Assembly: GCA_964620605.1 (NCBI GenBank)
Contig: CAZUHQ010000002.1
Location: 47,010-111,009 of the forward strand
Origin: an uncultured Thalassotalea sp.
GTDB lineage: Bacteria; Pseudomonadota; Gammaproteobacteria; Enterobacterales; Alteromonadaceae
Length of the DNA: 64,000 nt
Reading direction: 5' to 3'
Below the pieces are notes generated by a model. That model made no database searches, was not told the DNA's origin, and saw only the letters and a list, made by a program, of their open reading frames with translations. Positions 1 to 9,600 of this stretch are shown here, one piece after another (within the stretch, counting starts at the first letter, position 1; every line of letters starts with the position of its first letter). The position numbers and the translations under genes were made by a program.

Positions 1-1080
1 ATTGGCCAACTGGATATCGGCGATTTGCTCGGCTTTTCCGCGATATCTCTCGATGATTTGATCGTCTTTTGCCGACAAATGTATGCCCTGGTGCGCTCCG
101 GTGTCCCCATTTTACGGGCGATACATGGCATGGCGGAATCCAGTAACTCGCCAAAATTAAGGACTGCACTCGAACAGGTGGCGGGTCAACTCGAAGGGGG
201 CTATGCGCTGTCATCGGCGCTTAATCAACATCCGAAACTATTTTCGCCGTTATTTGTTTCCCTTATTCATGTTGGTGAAAATACCGGTCAGCTCGATGGT
301 GCATTTTTAAAACTGGCAAGTTATTTTGAGCGCGAACAGGACACCCGCAAGCGGGTCAAAACTGCGCTGCGTTATCCATCATTTGTCTTGGCGGCGATTG
401 GCATCGCGTTAGTCGTGCTGAATATTTTTGTCATTCCAACCTTTGCCAACATGTTTGCCAAGCTAGGTGCAGATTTACCCTGGGCGACCAAGGCGCTGAT
501 TGCCAGTTCCAATTTTTTCCTCGATTATTGGCCACATATGCTGGTGGCTTCAGTCGGTGGCTTTTTCGCGATACGCGCTTATTTGAAAACACCGCAAGGT
601 TTATATAAATGGGACAGGTTTAAGACCAAACTGCCGATCGTCGGCTCGATTATCGAGCGTTCGATATTGGCGCGTTTTTCCCATAGCTTTGCCATTATTC
701 TAAAGGCCGGTGTCCCTATGACCTCTGGTCTGACGTTGGTCTCAGATGCGGTTGATAATAGCTTTATGGCTAAGAAAATTATCGCGATGCGCACTGCGAT
801 TGAAAGTGGTGAGAGCCTGTTGCGTTCGGCGGTCGCCAGTACCTTGTTTACGCCGTTAGTATTGCAAATGATAGCGGTGGGTGAAGAAACCGGCCGGGTT
901 GATGAGTTATTGGAAGAGGTCGGTGATTATTATGAACGAGAAGTGGATTACGAATTAAGCACCTTAACCGCACGGATTGAGCCGATATTAATCGCCATCG
1001 TTGCCGCTATGGTGCTAATTTTAGCGCTTGGTATCTTCACGCCTATGTGGGATATGATGTCGGCGTTTAAAGGTAAGTAA
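1..1080 (+). CDS. mshG: MSHA biogenesis inner-membrane platform protein (T2SS F / PilC family), 5'-truncated by the window edge
   Basis: Frame is open from base 1. Two GspF-like repeats (LVHVGENTGQLD, MIAVGEETGRVDE), and it lies directly upstream of the msh pilin genes. Confidence 0.93.
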   Translation: MGQLDIGDLLGFSAISLDDLIVFCRQMYALVRSGVPILRAIHGMAESSNSPKLRTALEQVAGQLEGGYALSSALNQHPKLFSPLFVSLIHVGENTGQLDGAFLKLASYFEREQDTRKRVKTALRYPSFVLAAIGIALVVLNIFVIPTFANMFAKLGADLPWATKALIASSNFFLDYWPHMLVASVGGFFAIRAYLKTPQGLYKWDRFKTKLPIVGSIIERSILARFSHSFAIILKAGVPMTSGLTLVSDAVDNSFMAKKIIAMRTAIESGESLLRSAVASTLFTPLVLQMIAVGEETGRVDELLEEVGDYYEREVDYELSTLTARIEPILIAIVAAMVLILALGIFTPMWDMMSAFKGK

Positions 1081-1086
1081 TAGCTG

Positions 1087-1578
1087 ATGACAAAGCAAAG
1101 TGTTGCCAACAATCGCGAAAAAACGCTCGGTGAGAATATTTTGGTGGTGGTACTGGTTGCCTCGTTAATGAGTGCATTTTTGTATTACTTTTTTAAGCAT
1201 CAGCAAACTATCAGCCAGGCGGGCTTTCAGATCGCGGCAACGAATTTTGCCTCGAAGATCACAGCGATCAGGGCACAATGGTTTATGGAGAACCAACCGC
1301 TAAGCTTGATGGTCAAAGAAAAAGATGGCAGCAAATCGGCAATACCGCTTAATAAAAAGGGTTGGGTCGATTTTGCACAAGATGGCGTCAGTTGCCGCAA
1401 AATTTGGCGTGTGATTATGGTAGATGATTTAACTTTTATTAATCAGCCAGTTGCGGTAATGAGTGTCAGTGATGAAGTTGAACCGCTGAATAATCACTGC
1501 CGCTATCGTTTACCAAGCGGTGAGTATTTTGATTATTTTCCTCAAAGTGGCAAGGTAATTTCGTCAGGCAGTAACTAA
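1087..1578 (+). CDS. mshF: MSHA biogenesis protein MshF-like
   Basis: Lies between mshG and mshB. N-terminal TM helix and a WRVIM..C..Y pattern typical of MshF. Confidence 0.7.
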   Translation: MTKQSVANNREKTLGENILVVVLVASLMSAFLYYFFKHQQTISQAGFQIAATNFASKITAIRAQWFMENQPLSLMVKEKDGSKSAIPLNKKGWVDFAQDGVSCRKIWRVIMVDDLTFINQPVAVMSVSDEVEPLNNHCRYRLPSGEYFDYFPQSGKVISSGSN

Positions 1579-1695
1579 TAATGGCAATAAAGTATTGTGA
1601 TCAATCAATAAAAGCGTGTAATGTAGAAAAGTTAAGTGACTTAATTGAGTAAAGCTTGTTAAACTTAACTTTAGGTGTAAAGGTTCGAGGTAGTT

Positions 1696-2310
1696 ATGAA
1701 AAAACAGTCAGGTTTTACCCTTATCGAGCTGGTAATCGTAGTGGTGATTTTAGGCTTTTTAGCGGTCACGGCTATTCCAAAGTTTCTTGATTTAACTGAT
1801 CAGGCAAAACAGGCGAATATTGAGGGCATGGCAGGTGGCTTTGCTACCGGGGTTTCTTTAGTGCGCGCCCAGTGGGAAGCAGAAGGTCGACCTCATGACA
1901 ATAACGCTCGAAATACCGTTAATTACGATGGTACGGATCTGTATCTGACCTCGCCGACAACTAACACCAGTGCATTTCGCCCTGGCTATCCTATGGGCAC
2001 AGGTATCAGTGGGGTAACTTCTGGCGATATGACAGGCGCGACTTGCGTTCAGGTGTGGAATGGTATTTTGAGCCAGCCACCAAAAATTTCCAGTACCGCA
2101 GCAGATTTAACTAATGGTGCCAATATCCAGTATTTTGCCATTAGCATTGCCAATGCCGGTAGCAACTCCAATGATATTTGCGCCTACTTTTTAGTAGAGA
2201 CGCTAAATAAAGTCACTAATGGTTATGCGACGCCAACAGCAACGACGACAGGCAATAATTTTTCCTATGATCCGGCTTCCAGTCAGGTGGCGATCACAAT
2301 CAATAACTAA
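1696..2310 (+). CDS. mshB: MSHA minor pilin MshB
   Basis: Type IV prepilin site (KKQSG|FTLIELVIV); LVRAQWEAEGRP and GYP motifs; operon position; RBS GAGGT. Confidence 0.85.
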   Translation: MKKQSGFTLIELVIVVVILGFLAVTAIPKFLDLTDQAKQANIEGMAGGFATGVSLVRAQWEAEGRPHDNNARNTVNYDGTDLYLTSPTTNTSAFRPGYPMGTGISGVTSGDMTGATCVQVWNGILSQPPKISSTAADLTNGANIQYFAISIANAGSNSNDICAYFLVETLNKVTNGYATPTATTTGNNFSYDPASSQVAITINN

Positions 2311-2341
2311 TAATAATTAAACATATGAAAAGTAAGGTGTA

Positions 2342-2821
2342 ATGATGAAAAATTTATCTCAGGCAAAAGGTTTTACCCTAATTGAGTTAGTGGTGGTAAT
2401 CGTTATCTTAGGCATTTTAGCGGCGACCGCAGCCCCTAAGTTTATTGATTTAACCGGTGATGCGAAAAGTAGTGTTCGAGATGGTGCTGTTGCTGCAATT
2501 AAAGGAGCATTAGCTATGGGACATGCAAAAGCTCTGGTAGCTGATGTTACTGATGGTGAAGTTAGCATCAATGGCAAGCTGGTTAATATAGTGAAAGGTT
2601 ATCCTTCGGTTGCTGCTGATTCGAGTGCTGATGGTACTGCAGGAAAAGCTTATAATATTTACTTTTTATTGGATATCGACAGTGATTTAACAGCCCAAGA
2701 TCAAACAACAACTGCTGGCCCTTTAACTATCACTATCGCTACTGATTGCACAGTAACTTTATCTGATACGGCTGACGCAAATGTTACACCTGTTCCTGGC
2801 GGTACTACTACTTGTTCTTAG
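2342..2821 (+). CDS. mshA: MSHA major pilin MshA
   Basis: G|FTLIELVVVIVILGILAATAAPKF N-terminus, GYP motif, C-terminal Cys pair, followed by a terminator. Confidence 0.85.
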   Translation: MMKNLSQAKGFTLIELVVVIVILGILAATAAPKFIDLTGDAKSSVRDGAVAAIKGALAMGHAKALVADVTDGEVSINGKLVNIVKGYPSVAADSSADGTAGKAYNIYFLLDIDSDLTAQDQTTTAGPLTITIATDCTVTLSDTADANVTPVPGGTTTCS

Positions 2822-2851
2822 TTGGTCATTAATTGATGCATTCGTAGAAGA

Positions 2852-2880
2852 TAAAAGGAGAGCTTGGCTCTCCTTTATTT
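2852..2880 (+). terminator. Rho-independent terminator after mshA
   Basis: AAAGGAGAGC-TTG-GCTCTCCTTT stem followed by ATTT. Confidence 0.75.
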
Positions 2881-2933
2881 GTTTTAGCGAATAAGATAAA
2901 TTAGTTATTTTGGATTGTGAAATAGGTGTTTGC

Positions 2934-3407
2934 TTGAAAACTCAAGGTTTTACGCTAATCGAATTAGTCGTGGTGATTGTGATCTTAGGCATATTGGCGG
3001 CAACCGCTGTGCCTAAGTTTGTTAACCTTCAGGCAGAAGCGAAAACTGCGACCCTGGAGGCGGTGAAAGCTTCAATGGATGGTGCTGCTGCCCTGGTTCA
3101 CGGCAAGTCACTGGTGAAAGGGAATCATAACTCGCCTGAGGGAGACAGCCCTACGGTTGATATTGGCAATGGGGTGACTCTTAGCATCCATTACGGCTAC
3201 CCTAAAACGTCTATCACTGATTGGCGAGATAGTTTACTTGATATTGACACGACTGCTTTTGATTTTACCAAAACAATTGATGGCTCATTGGTGGTCTTTT
3301 TAAAAGGTGCTACAACGCCGGTAAGTACATTACAACCTTGTTTAGCATTCTATAAAGCCGCTGGCGCTTCAAGTAAGCCGGAGATTGGTGTCAACCCCTG
3401 TAGTTGA
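2934..3407 (+). CDS. Second MshA-like pilin (paralog)
   Basis: Probable TTG start at 2934 after AGGTG. KTQG|FTLIELVVVIVILGILAATAVPKF, YGYP, C-terminal Cys pair. The ORF track starts it at 2910. Confidence 0.8.
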   Translation: MKTQGFTLIELVVVIVILGILAATAVPKFVNLQAEAKTATLEAVKASMDGAAALVHGKSLVKGNHNSPEGDSPTVDIGNGVTLSIHYGYPKTSITDWRDSLLDIDTTAFDFTKTIDGSLVVFLKGATTPVSTLQPCLAFYKAAGASSKPEIGVNPCS

Positions 3408-3420
3408 TTAGAATTGATAT

Positions 3421-3936
3421 ATGAACGCACAATGTCAAAAGGCTAAAGGTTTTACTACTATCGAGCTAGTGGTAGTGATTTTGTTACTGGCTATTTTATC
3501 CGCCACTGTGGTGCCGCGTTTTTTCTCGTCCAGTGGCTTTGAAGAATACGCTTATCGTACGGAAGTGATTGCTACGCTGCGCACCATTCAGCTACGTGCG
3601 ATGCAGCAAACCGATGGTTCACAATGTCATCAAATTAAAATAACGGGTGATGGTAAGCAACTTGGGTTGCTCGATAATGATAATTCACCTGGTCCATGTC
3701 ACGTTAGCAACTGGTTTGATGAAAAAGATGGCAAGTATAATTTAGCTACCGAAGATGGCCCGACTCATGTTCAGGTTGATAGCGACCATCAGATCACGTT
3801 CAGCGGCGATAATTTCTCTTTTGATCAAATGGGGCGACCTTTAAATTGTTCTTCACCCTGTAAAATATCGATTAATGGTGGCGAGCAAACGTTAACTGTG
3901 GTTATCGAGTCTGAAGGATATATCCATGCCGGTTAA
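3421..3936 (+). CDS. mshC: MSHA minor pilin MshC
   Basis: G|FTTIELVVV prepilin site; LRTIQLRAMQ and FDQMGRP motifs; C-terminal IESEGYIHA. Confidence 0.85.
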   Translation: MNAQCQKAKGFTTIELVVVILLLAILSATVVPRFFSSSGFEEYAYRTEVIATLRTIQLRAMQQTDGSQCHQIKITGDGKQLGLLDNDNSPGPCHVSNWFDEKDGKYNLATEDGPTHVQVDSDHQITFSGDNFSFDQMGRPLNCSSPCKISINGGEQTLTVVIESEGYIHAG

Positions 3937-4507
3937 AGTCAAGGGCTTTACCCTGATTGAAACTATCGTTGGCATAGTGGTATTGTCGATTGCGTTTTCT
4001 GTTATTACTAGCTTAATTTATCCCATGGTAGAACACAGTGCCGACCAACTGCATCAAATTCGCGCCGCCGAACTGGGCCAGTCGATGCTTAATGAAATTC
4101 AGAATAAGGCGTTTGATGAGAAGTCTGACATGGCTGGTGGTGTCTATCGTTGTGGCGAGGATTATGACAGTAACGGTACTTTAGACAGTGATGAACAATG
4201 TACGGCAAATAATGCCCTGGGAAGTGAAGAAGCCAATAGAATGTTATTTGATGATGTTGATGACTATGACGCGCTTGAGTATGGCGATAAATATAGTGCC
4301 GGTGGCATTGAAGATGCACAGGGTAACAGTCTGGGTCTTTATATCGGCTATGCCATGCAGGTATCGGTATGTAATGATGGTGATTATGATGGTGATTGTT
4401 CTGATACCAGCAGCAGTGATACAAGCTCTGCTAAATTGATCACTGTAACTATTACCACCCCAACCGGTTTTGATCTTGTGTTTTCTACTTACAGAGCGAA
4501 CTTCTGA
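3926..4507 (+). CDS. mshD: MSHA minor pilin MshD
   Basis: G|FTLIETIVGIV; RAAELGQSMLNEI; FDDVDDY; C-terminal YRANF. Confidence 0.88.
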   Translation: MPVKVKGFTLIETIVGIVVLSIAFSVITSLIYPMVEHSADQLHQIRAAELGQSMLNEIQNKAFDEKSDMAGGVYRCGEDYDSNGTLDSDEQCTANNALGSEEANRMLFDDVDDYDALEYGDKYSAGGIEDAQGNSLGLYIGYAMQVSVCNDGDYDGDCSDTSSSDTSSAKLITVTITTPTGFDLVFSTYRANF

Positions 4508-5241
4508 TGGTCAGTAGCCGCAGGCAACAAGGTTTTACCCTGATTGAGCTGGTGACAGTGATCATTATTTTAGGGATATTGGCCGCAGGCGCTAGCAGTT
4601 TTTTACAGTTTAGTGCGCGGATATTTGCCGAAACCAGCGATCGTGACGAACTGATTTCATCGGCGCGCTTTGCCATTGAACGGTTAAATAGAGAAATTCG
4701 AAACGCTGTGCCCAATAGTGCAGAGGTTGCTGGCGGATGTTTAACCTTTACCCCAATATTAGCCAGTACTATTTATATTGATATTCCCGTGGCACCTGAA
4801 GCTGGCGAAGATACTATTTCAGTGATTCCGTTCGATAAAAGTAACTTTGCCAGCGCGACGCGAGTGGTGGTTTATCCGTTAGCAGAATCAGATTTAGATA
4901 ATGCGAGTGATAAAAATCATCCGTTTTTGGCATTAGATGATTCGGCGGGTGACACTAACCCTTGGGCATTATCTTTTGCTTCAGATGTCTTGTTTGAAAC
5001 CGATTCTCCTACTAAACGGATCTATTTTTATAATACTCAGGTAAGTTATTGCATCAATGGTACAGAATTAAACAGAAATAATGTATTAATGGCTCAACAC
5101 CTTGATAATGCTAACAGTGGTTTTGTCGTTGAAGACGCCACGTTACAGCGCAATGCTTATGTTCAGGTAACCTTGGGGTTTGATCTCAACAGCGAGCAGG
5201 TATCTTTTACTAATGAAATTCAAATGCCGAATGTCCCATAA
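4507..5241 (+). CDS. mshO: MSHA biogenesis protein MshO
   Basis: G|FTLIELV prepilin site; RFAIERLNREIRNAVPNS; C-terminal NVP. Confidence 0.88.
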   Translation: MVSSRRQQGFTLIELVTVIIILGILAAGASSFLQFSARIFAETSDRDELISSARFAIERLNREIRNAVPNSAEVAGGCLTFTPILASTIYIDIPVAPEAGEDTISVIPFDKSNFASATRVVVYPLAESDLDNASDKNHPFLALDDSAGDTNPWALSFASDVLFETDSPTKRIYFYNTQVSYCINGTELNRNNVLMAQHLDNANSGFVVEDATLQRNAYVQVTLGFDLNSEQVSFTNEIQMPNVP

Positions 5242-5665
5242 CCTTGACCGAGCAGGTTTATCGCCAAAAACAGTTAAAGGCAGCGCCCTGGTGATTACTA
5301 TTTTTATTATTGTTGTCATGACACTAATAGGTACCGCATTAGTGAAAACATTGAGCACCAGCGCAGAAACCGTTGTTTATGAAGTATTGGGCACCAGGGC
5401 ATTGCAGGCGGCACAAACCGGTTTGCAACAACAATTACAAAGAATATTTCCTTTAAAGCCTGCAACTGGTGCCTGTATAGATATTTCTAATGTTGATTTA
5501 TCAGCGACTAGTGGATTAGAACATTGTAAGATTATAGAAGCTACTTGTGATGATAGTGTAGTAGTATCCGGAAATAAATATTATACCATTACCAGTACCG
5601 GAGAATGTGAAGTGGCTGGCGTTTTTACCTCAAGAAGCGTGGAGGTGCAAGCGCGTGATTTATAA
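5231..5665 (+). CDS. mshP: MSHA biogenesis protein MshP (PilX-like)
   Basis: KG|SALVITIFIIVVM; EVLGTRALQAAQTG. Probable start is ATG 5231, overlapping the mshO end; the ORF track starts at 5180. Confidence 0.85.
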   Translation: MSHNLDRAGLSPKTVKGSALVITIFIIVVMTLIGTALVKTLSTSAETVVYEVLGTRALQAAQTGLQQQLQRIFPLKPATGACIDISNVDLSATSGLEHCKIIEATCDDSVVVSGNKYYTITSTGECEVAGVFTSRSVEVQARDL

Positions 5666-5765
5666 CTGTTTGTTTTTACAACACTGTTAGATAATTTTAC
5701 AGCTGTTTAATAACTTAACGTTGGAATGAATTTTAACCTGATAAAAAATAAGCTGTTTATTATGT

Positions 5766-5781
5766 TGGCTTGTTTTTTGCA
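5766..5781 (+). promoter_or_regulatory. Sigma-54 (-24/-12) promoter upstream of the PEP-CTERM gene, with upstream TTTACA motifs at 5675-5680 and 5696-5701
   Basis: TGGCTTGTTTTTTGCA: GG at 5767-68 and GC at 5779-80, exact GG-N10-GC spacing, ~50 bp before the ATG. Confidence 0.65.
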
Positions 5782-5831
5782 TTGTTTTTGTCTGTGGTAG
5801 AGTTGTCTATTCATTAATATGAGGTTTTTTA

Positions 5832-6446
5832 ATGATTAAGTATGCAGTCAATGTTGTGTTAAGTGTTTGCTTGGTGTTGTCATCAGCCGTGCAGGCGAGT
5901 TTGATCACAGATTCTTCTCTTTTAACATCAGATCATTATGTCACTTATGAAAGTGATGAAGTCACCATAGATTTTGCTTGGGTGTCCCCTATTAATGTTG
6001 AATTTTGGGGGGATCCCGATTTAGCTACTACTAACCAGTTGTTTGCACCTAGCTTACATAGTGGCTGGGAATATGCGAATGATGCAGATCTAGATATTTT
6101 ATTGACAAACTTTTCTCTGGCTGATTTTACCAATACTGATGGCTCATATAAGCATGCGGTAGAGTTTTGGAACAGTGTTTTTAACGATATTGTGATACGT
6201 TTTACTTTAAATAGCATTGAATATGTAGATAAAAGTAACTTAGCTAATTATTCCAATGGTTTAGTTTCTAGTCACTGGGTTTCATCCGGGGAAAATGGCC
6301 AAGATGCTGCGGGCTCTCAATATGAAACCTTCTATGTGCGCAAAACGTTTAATAGCTCACCGACTCCCGTGAATGAACCAACCAGCTTGTTAATTCTCGC
6401 TTTAGCTTTGATGCTGTTATCACTGCGTACCCGTATCAATTATTAA
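5832..6446 (+). CDS. PEP-CTERM sorting-domain exported protein (exosortase substrate)
   Basis: N-terminal signal peptide (VQA|S). C-terminus PTPVNEPTSLLILALALMLLSLRTR is a VPEP-like motif followed by a TM helix and a basic tail. Confidence 0.8.
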   Translation: MIKYAVNVVLSVCLVLSSAVQASLITDSSLLTSDHYVTYESDEVTIDFAWVSPINVEFWGDPDLATTNQLFAPSLHSGWEYANDADLDILLTNFSLADFTNTDGSYKHAVEFWNSVFNDIVIRFTLNSIEYVDKSNLANYSNGLVSSHWVSSGENGQDAAGSQYETFYVRKTFNSSPTPVNEPTSLLILALALMLLSLRTRINY

Positions 6447-6477
6447 TCAATCAAACTCCTTTTCGTTTCATGAAATT

Positions 6478-6505
6478 AAGCCTTGCAGGATGCAGGGCTT
6501 TTTTA
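6478..6505 (+). terminator. Rho-independent terminator after the PEP-CTERM gene
   Basis: AAGCCTTGCA-GGA-TGCAGGGCTT followed by TTTT. Confidence 0.8.
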
Positions 6506-6629
6506 TTGGCCGTAAATTTCCCTGTTAACCCTGCCGGTTAATAGAATAAATTCAAGCCGTTACTTGTGAAAATAACGAGTAAAGAGTAACGTTATACTTA
6601 GTTGGTTATTGTGGTTACGGAACTCCTTG

Positions 6630-9600
6630 ATGCTATTTAGACTGGTCATCATATTTACTTTCTCTATTTTCTCGTTATCTACGGCCAGTGCCGCAGATTG
6701 TAGTGCGATATTTCCTGGGCCGACAACATTTGCTGCTAACGGTAGTGTCTCGATAAACGGTTCAAATACTTGTGACGGTGGCTCATGTTCGCCGGTCAAT
6801 AGTTTTACTACACCTACGATTCCATATGCTTCGCCAAGTGGCGCATTCACGGCTACTTCCATTTCAGATGGTGTGTACCAGCACACTTCATGGGGATTAC
6901 CGAAAGAAAGTACCATAACTTTTAGTGGATCAGGCACCGCAGTAATATATATTAGCGGTAGCGCAATAATTCCAAAAGAAACCAACGTTAATGTAGGTGG
7001 TAATGCGGCTAATGTTCTATTGATTGTCGCAGGTTCTTTGACTATTAATAAAGAATCTAATATTCATGCCCATATCTATGTCGGTGGTAGTATTTCCGTG
7101 AATAAAGAGGCTGAGATCACCGGTTCTATTTCCGCAAATGGCTCCTTAGTGGTCGATAAAGAAGGGTCTTATTTTTATTCATCCGGTGATGCCGATCAAC
7201 TTGATGGTCATGGTTTTTGTAACAATAGTACTTCTGAGCTGATACTACATCTTAATTTTGATGAAGGTAGTGGACAAACAGTCGCTGATGATAGTGGCAA
7301 TGGTCGAACTGCCACATTAGGTAATTCAGCGGGGGTTGATGGCCAAGATGCGACATTTCAGTGTGAAGCGAATAGCGGTTATTCGATGGCATTTGAGCGA
7401 AGTGCAAATCAGCATTTAACAACCAACGCCTTTACTCCGCCACAAGATGGTGCAGTGTCATTTTGGTTACGAGTACCAGCTTCACCCACATCAAGACAAC
7501 GAATCTTTGGTTTTGGTGATGGCTGGGAAGCGCGCTGGGAAGCGGACGGTATTATTTATTGGGATATTAATAAAACCGGCTCTAACAACAGTGTCCGTAC
7601 TGCATCGGCTGTGACTGAAACTGATACTTGGGTGCATTTTGTTTTTGTAACCAGTGTCACTAATGGCACTTGGGCGGTGTACAAAAATGGTGTATTGGAA
7701 AATAGCGGCAGCGAAAGCTTTAGCGCTCAATCAGCATCTTCCTTAACCGTTGGCGGTAGTACCTGGCGTTTAACCAGTGAGCATTTAGACGGTGAGCTGG
7801 AAGATTTTAGAATTTATTCCGGCGTGTTAACTCAAAGTGAAATTACTGCCCTGGCGACCAATCCTCCGCAGGCTTGTGCTGAGGTTGTTGCAAATTATCG
7901 TTTTGATGAATGTCAATATACTGGAGCAAGTAATGAGGTCATTGATCAATTAGGCAACTATCCAGCGAATAGTTTTAATAATGTTAATACTTTCGAGTCC
8001 GGAAAAATTCAACGGGCAGTTGAATTAACACATTACAGTCATCACCTTGAGACATCTATACCTATTAATGGTGACTTTAGCGTATCAACCTGGTTTAAAA
8101 AGCCAACAATCACCAGTGGTAGCCGTTACTACGTGTTAGGTGCAATGCAATCAGGTGGAGATTTGCTGTATTTAGACCGAAATAATAATTGGCGCTGGGG
8201 AGTGTATAATGCGTCTTCTGGCTCCGTTAATGGCACGTTCTCTTTTTCGTCATTAGATAATAACTGGCACCATATGGTGTTGGTATATAAAAATAATCAA
8301 ACGCAGTTATATATTGACGATAATTTAGTTGATACCGTAAATAAAGCACCTACGGGCACTCTTAAGTATATTGGTACCTCATACGATAGTGTTGGTGGTA
8401 ATAATGCTCAAGGATTTAGGGCGCCACTTGATGAATTTATTCTTTATGATGATGTGTTGACCGCAACACAAATTAGCAACCTTTATAATAATCAAAATGC
8501 GGGAAATAACTATGATGGCAGTGTGCGTGATGCTGTTGTGTGTCCCCCATTAATCGATCATTATCAAATCATTCACGATGGTCAGGGGCTGACTTGTGAA
8601 GCGGAAACCGTGACGATAAAGGCTTGTACCAGTGATATCGGTGAAGTATGTGTTGAGTCTTCACAAAGTATCGATATTGAGCTCAGTGCTTCTGGTAACT
8701 CCCACACCGTAACTAATAGTAAGAACTTTACTGGTAATGGAGCTATAGCGTTTAATTACACTGAAGCTGAACCGGTAACTTTGTCAATAACTGATGCTTC
8801 TGTTTCTGCTGAACATGGTTTTATTTGTAACAATAATAATTCTGGTGATTGTCAGATGACTTTTGATGATGCCGGATTTATTTTTACTGGCATTAATTCT
8901 GTTGAAGTTGCCGGTGAAGATAATAATGATGTAACAATTCAGGCGGTGAAAAAAGGGACTAATACACAAAGTTGTGTTCCACTATTTAATGAAGGTGGTG
9001 ATAAAGCAATAGAGTTTGCTCTGGAAACGGTTTATCCAGATAACTTCGGTAGAGACTATACCATAGGCTCATCCGTTATTAATTTAAATAATAACGGTAA
9101 TGTCACTAACTATCAGGCGGTAACACTAAGTTTTGATAGCGATGCTAAGGCAAATTTACCGAACAATATCTATGATGACGCTGGGAATATTACCTTACAT
9201 GCCAGGTACACGGTTGCTGCAACGCCTGATAATCCTGCACTGACTATAACAGGCAATGAAAGTTTTTATGTCAGACCGTTCCAATTTAACATTTACCCTA
9301 AACGTCCTATGGACGGCGGTGAGAATCAAGGTCAGCCGTTAATTGAAACCACAGCCGATGGTGATGTTCACCAAAAAGCTGGTCAGGCGTTTGACCTGAA
9401 AATCGAGGCGGTAAATAAAGATGGCGATATAACAACGAATTATCATGGTTATATTGCAGAACTTGCATTGCAGCGCACGGGCCCGGTTCCTGGAACAAAC
9501 GGTACGTTAAAGTATGGCGGAGGTGTTGGGCAAAGTATGTTATCGTCGAGCAGTGCGGACAATTATATTTGGTGGTCGCCTGAGTTAATTTCATTCTCTA

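Noticed and set aside
4089-4424. His-rich minus-strand ORF (111 aa)
   Set aside because: Antisense shadow of Asp-rich mshD (GAT/GAC codons read as His-rich); no start context.
6560-6985. 141-aa minus-strand ORF, plus the many other short ORFs nested in or antisense to long genes (e.g. 38692-39255, 34671-35015, 26843-27157)
   Set aside because: Fully overlap well-supported genes on the other strand or frame and have no recognisable motifs.
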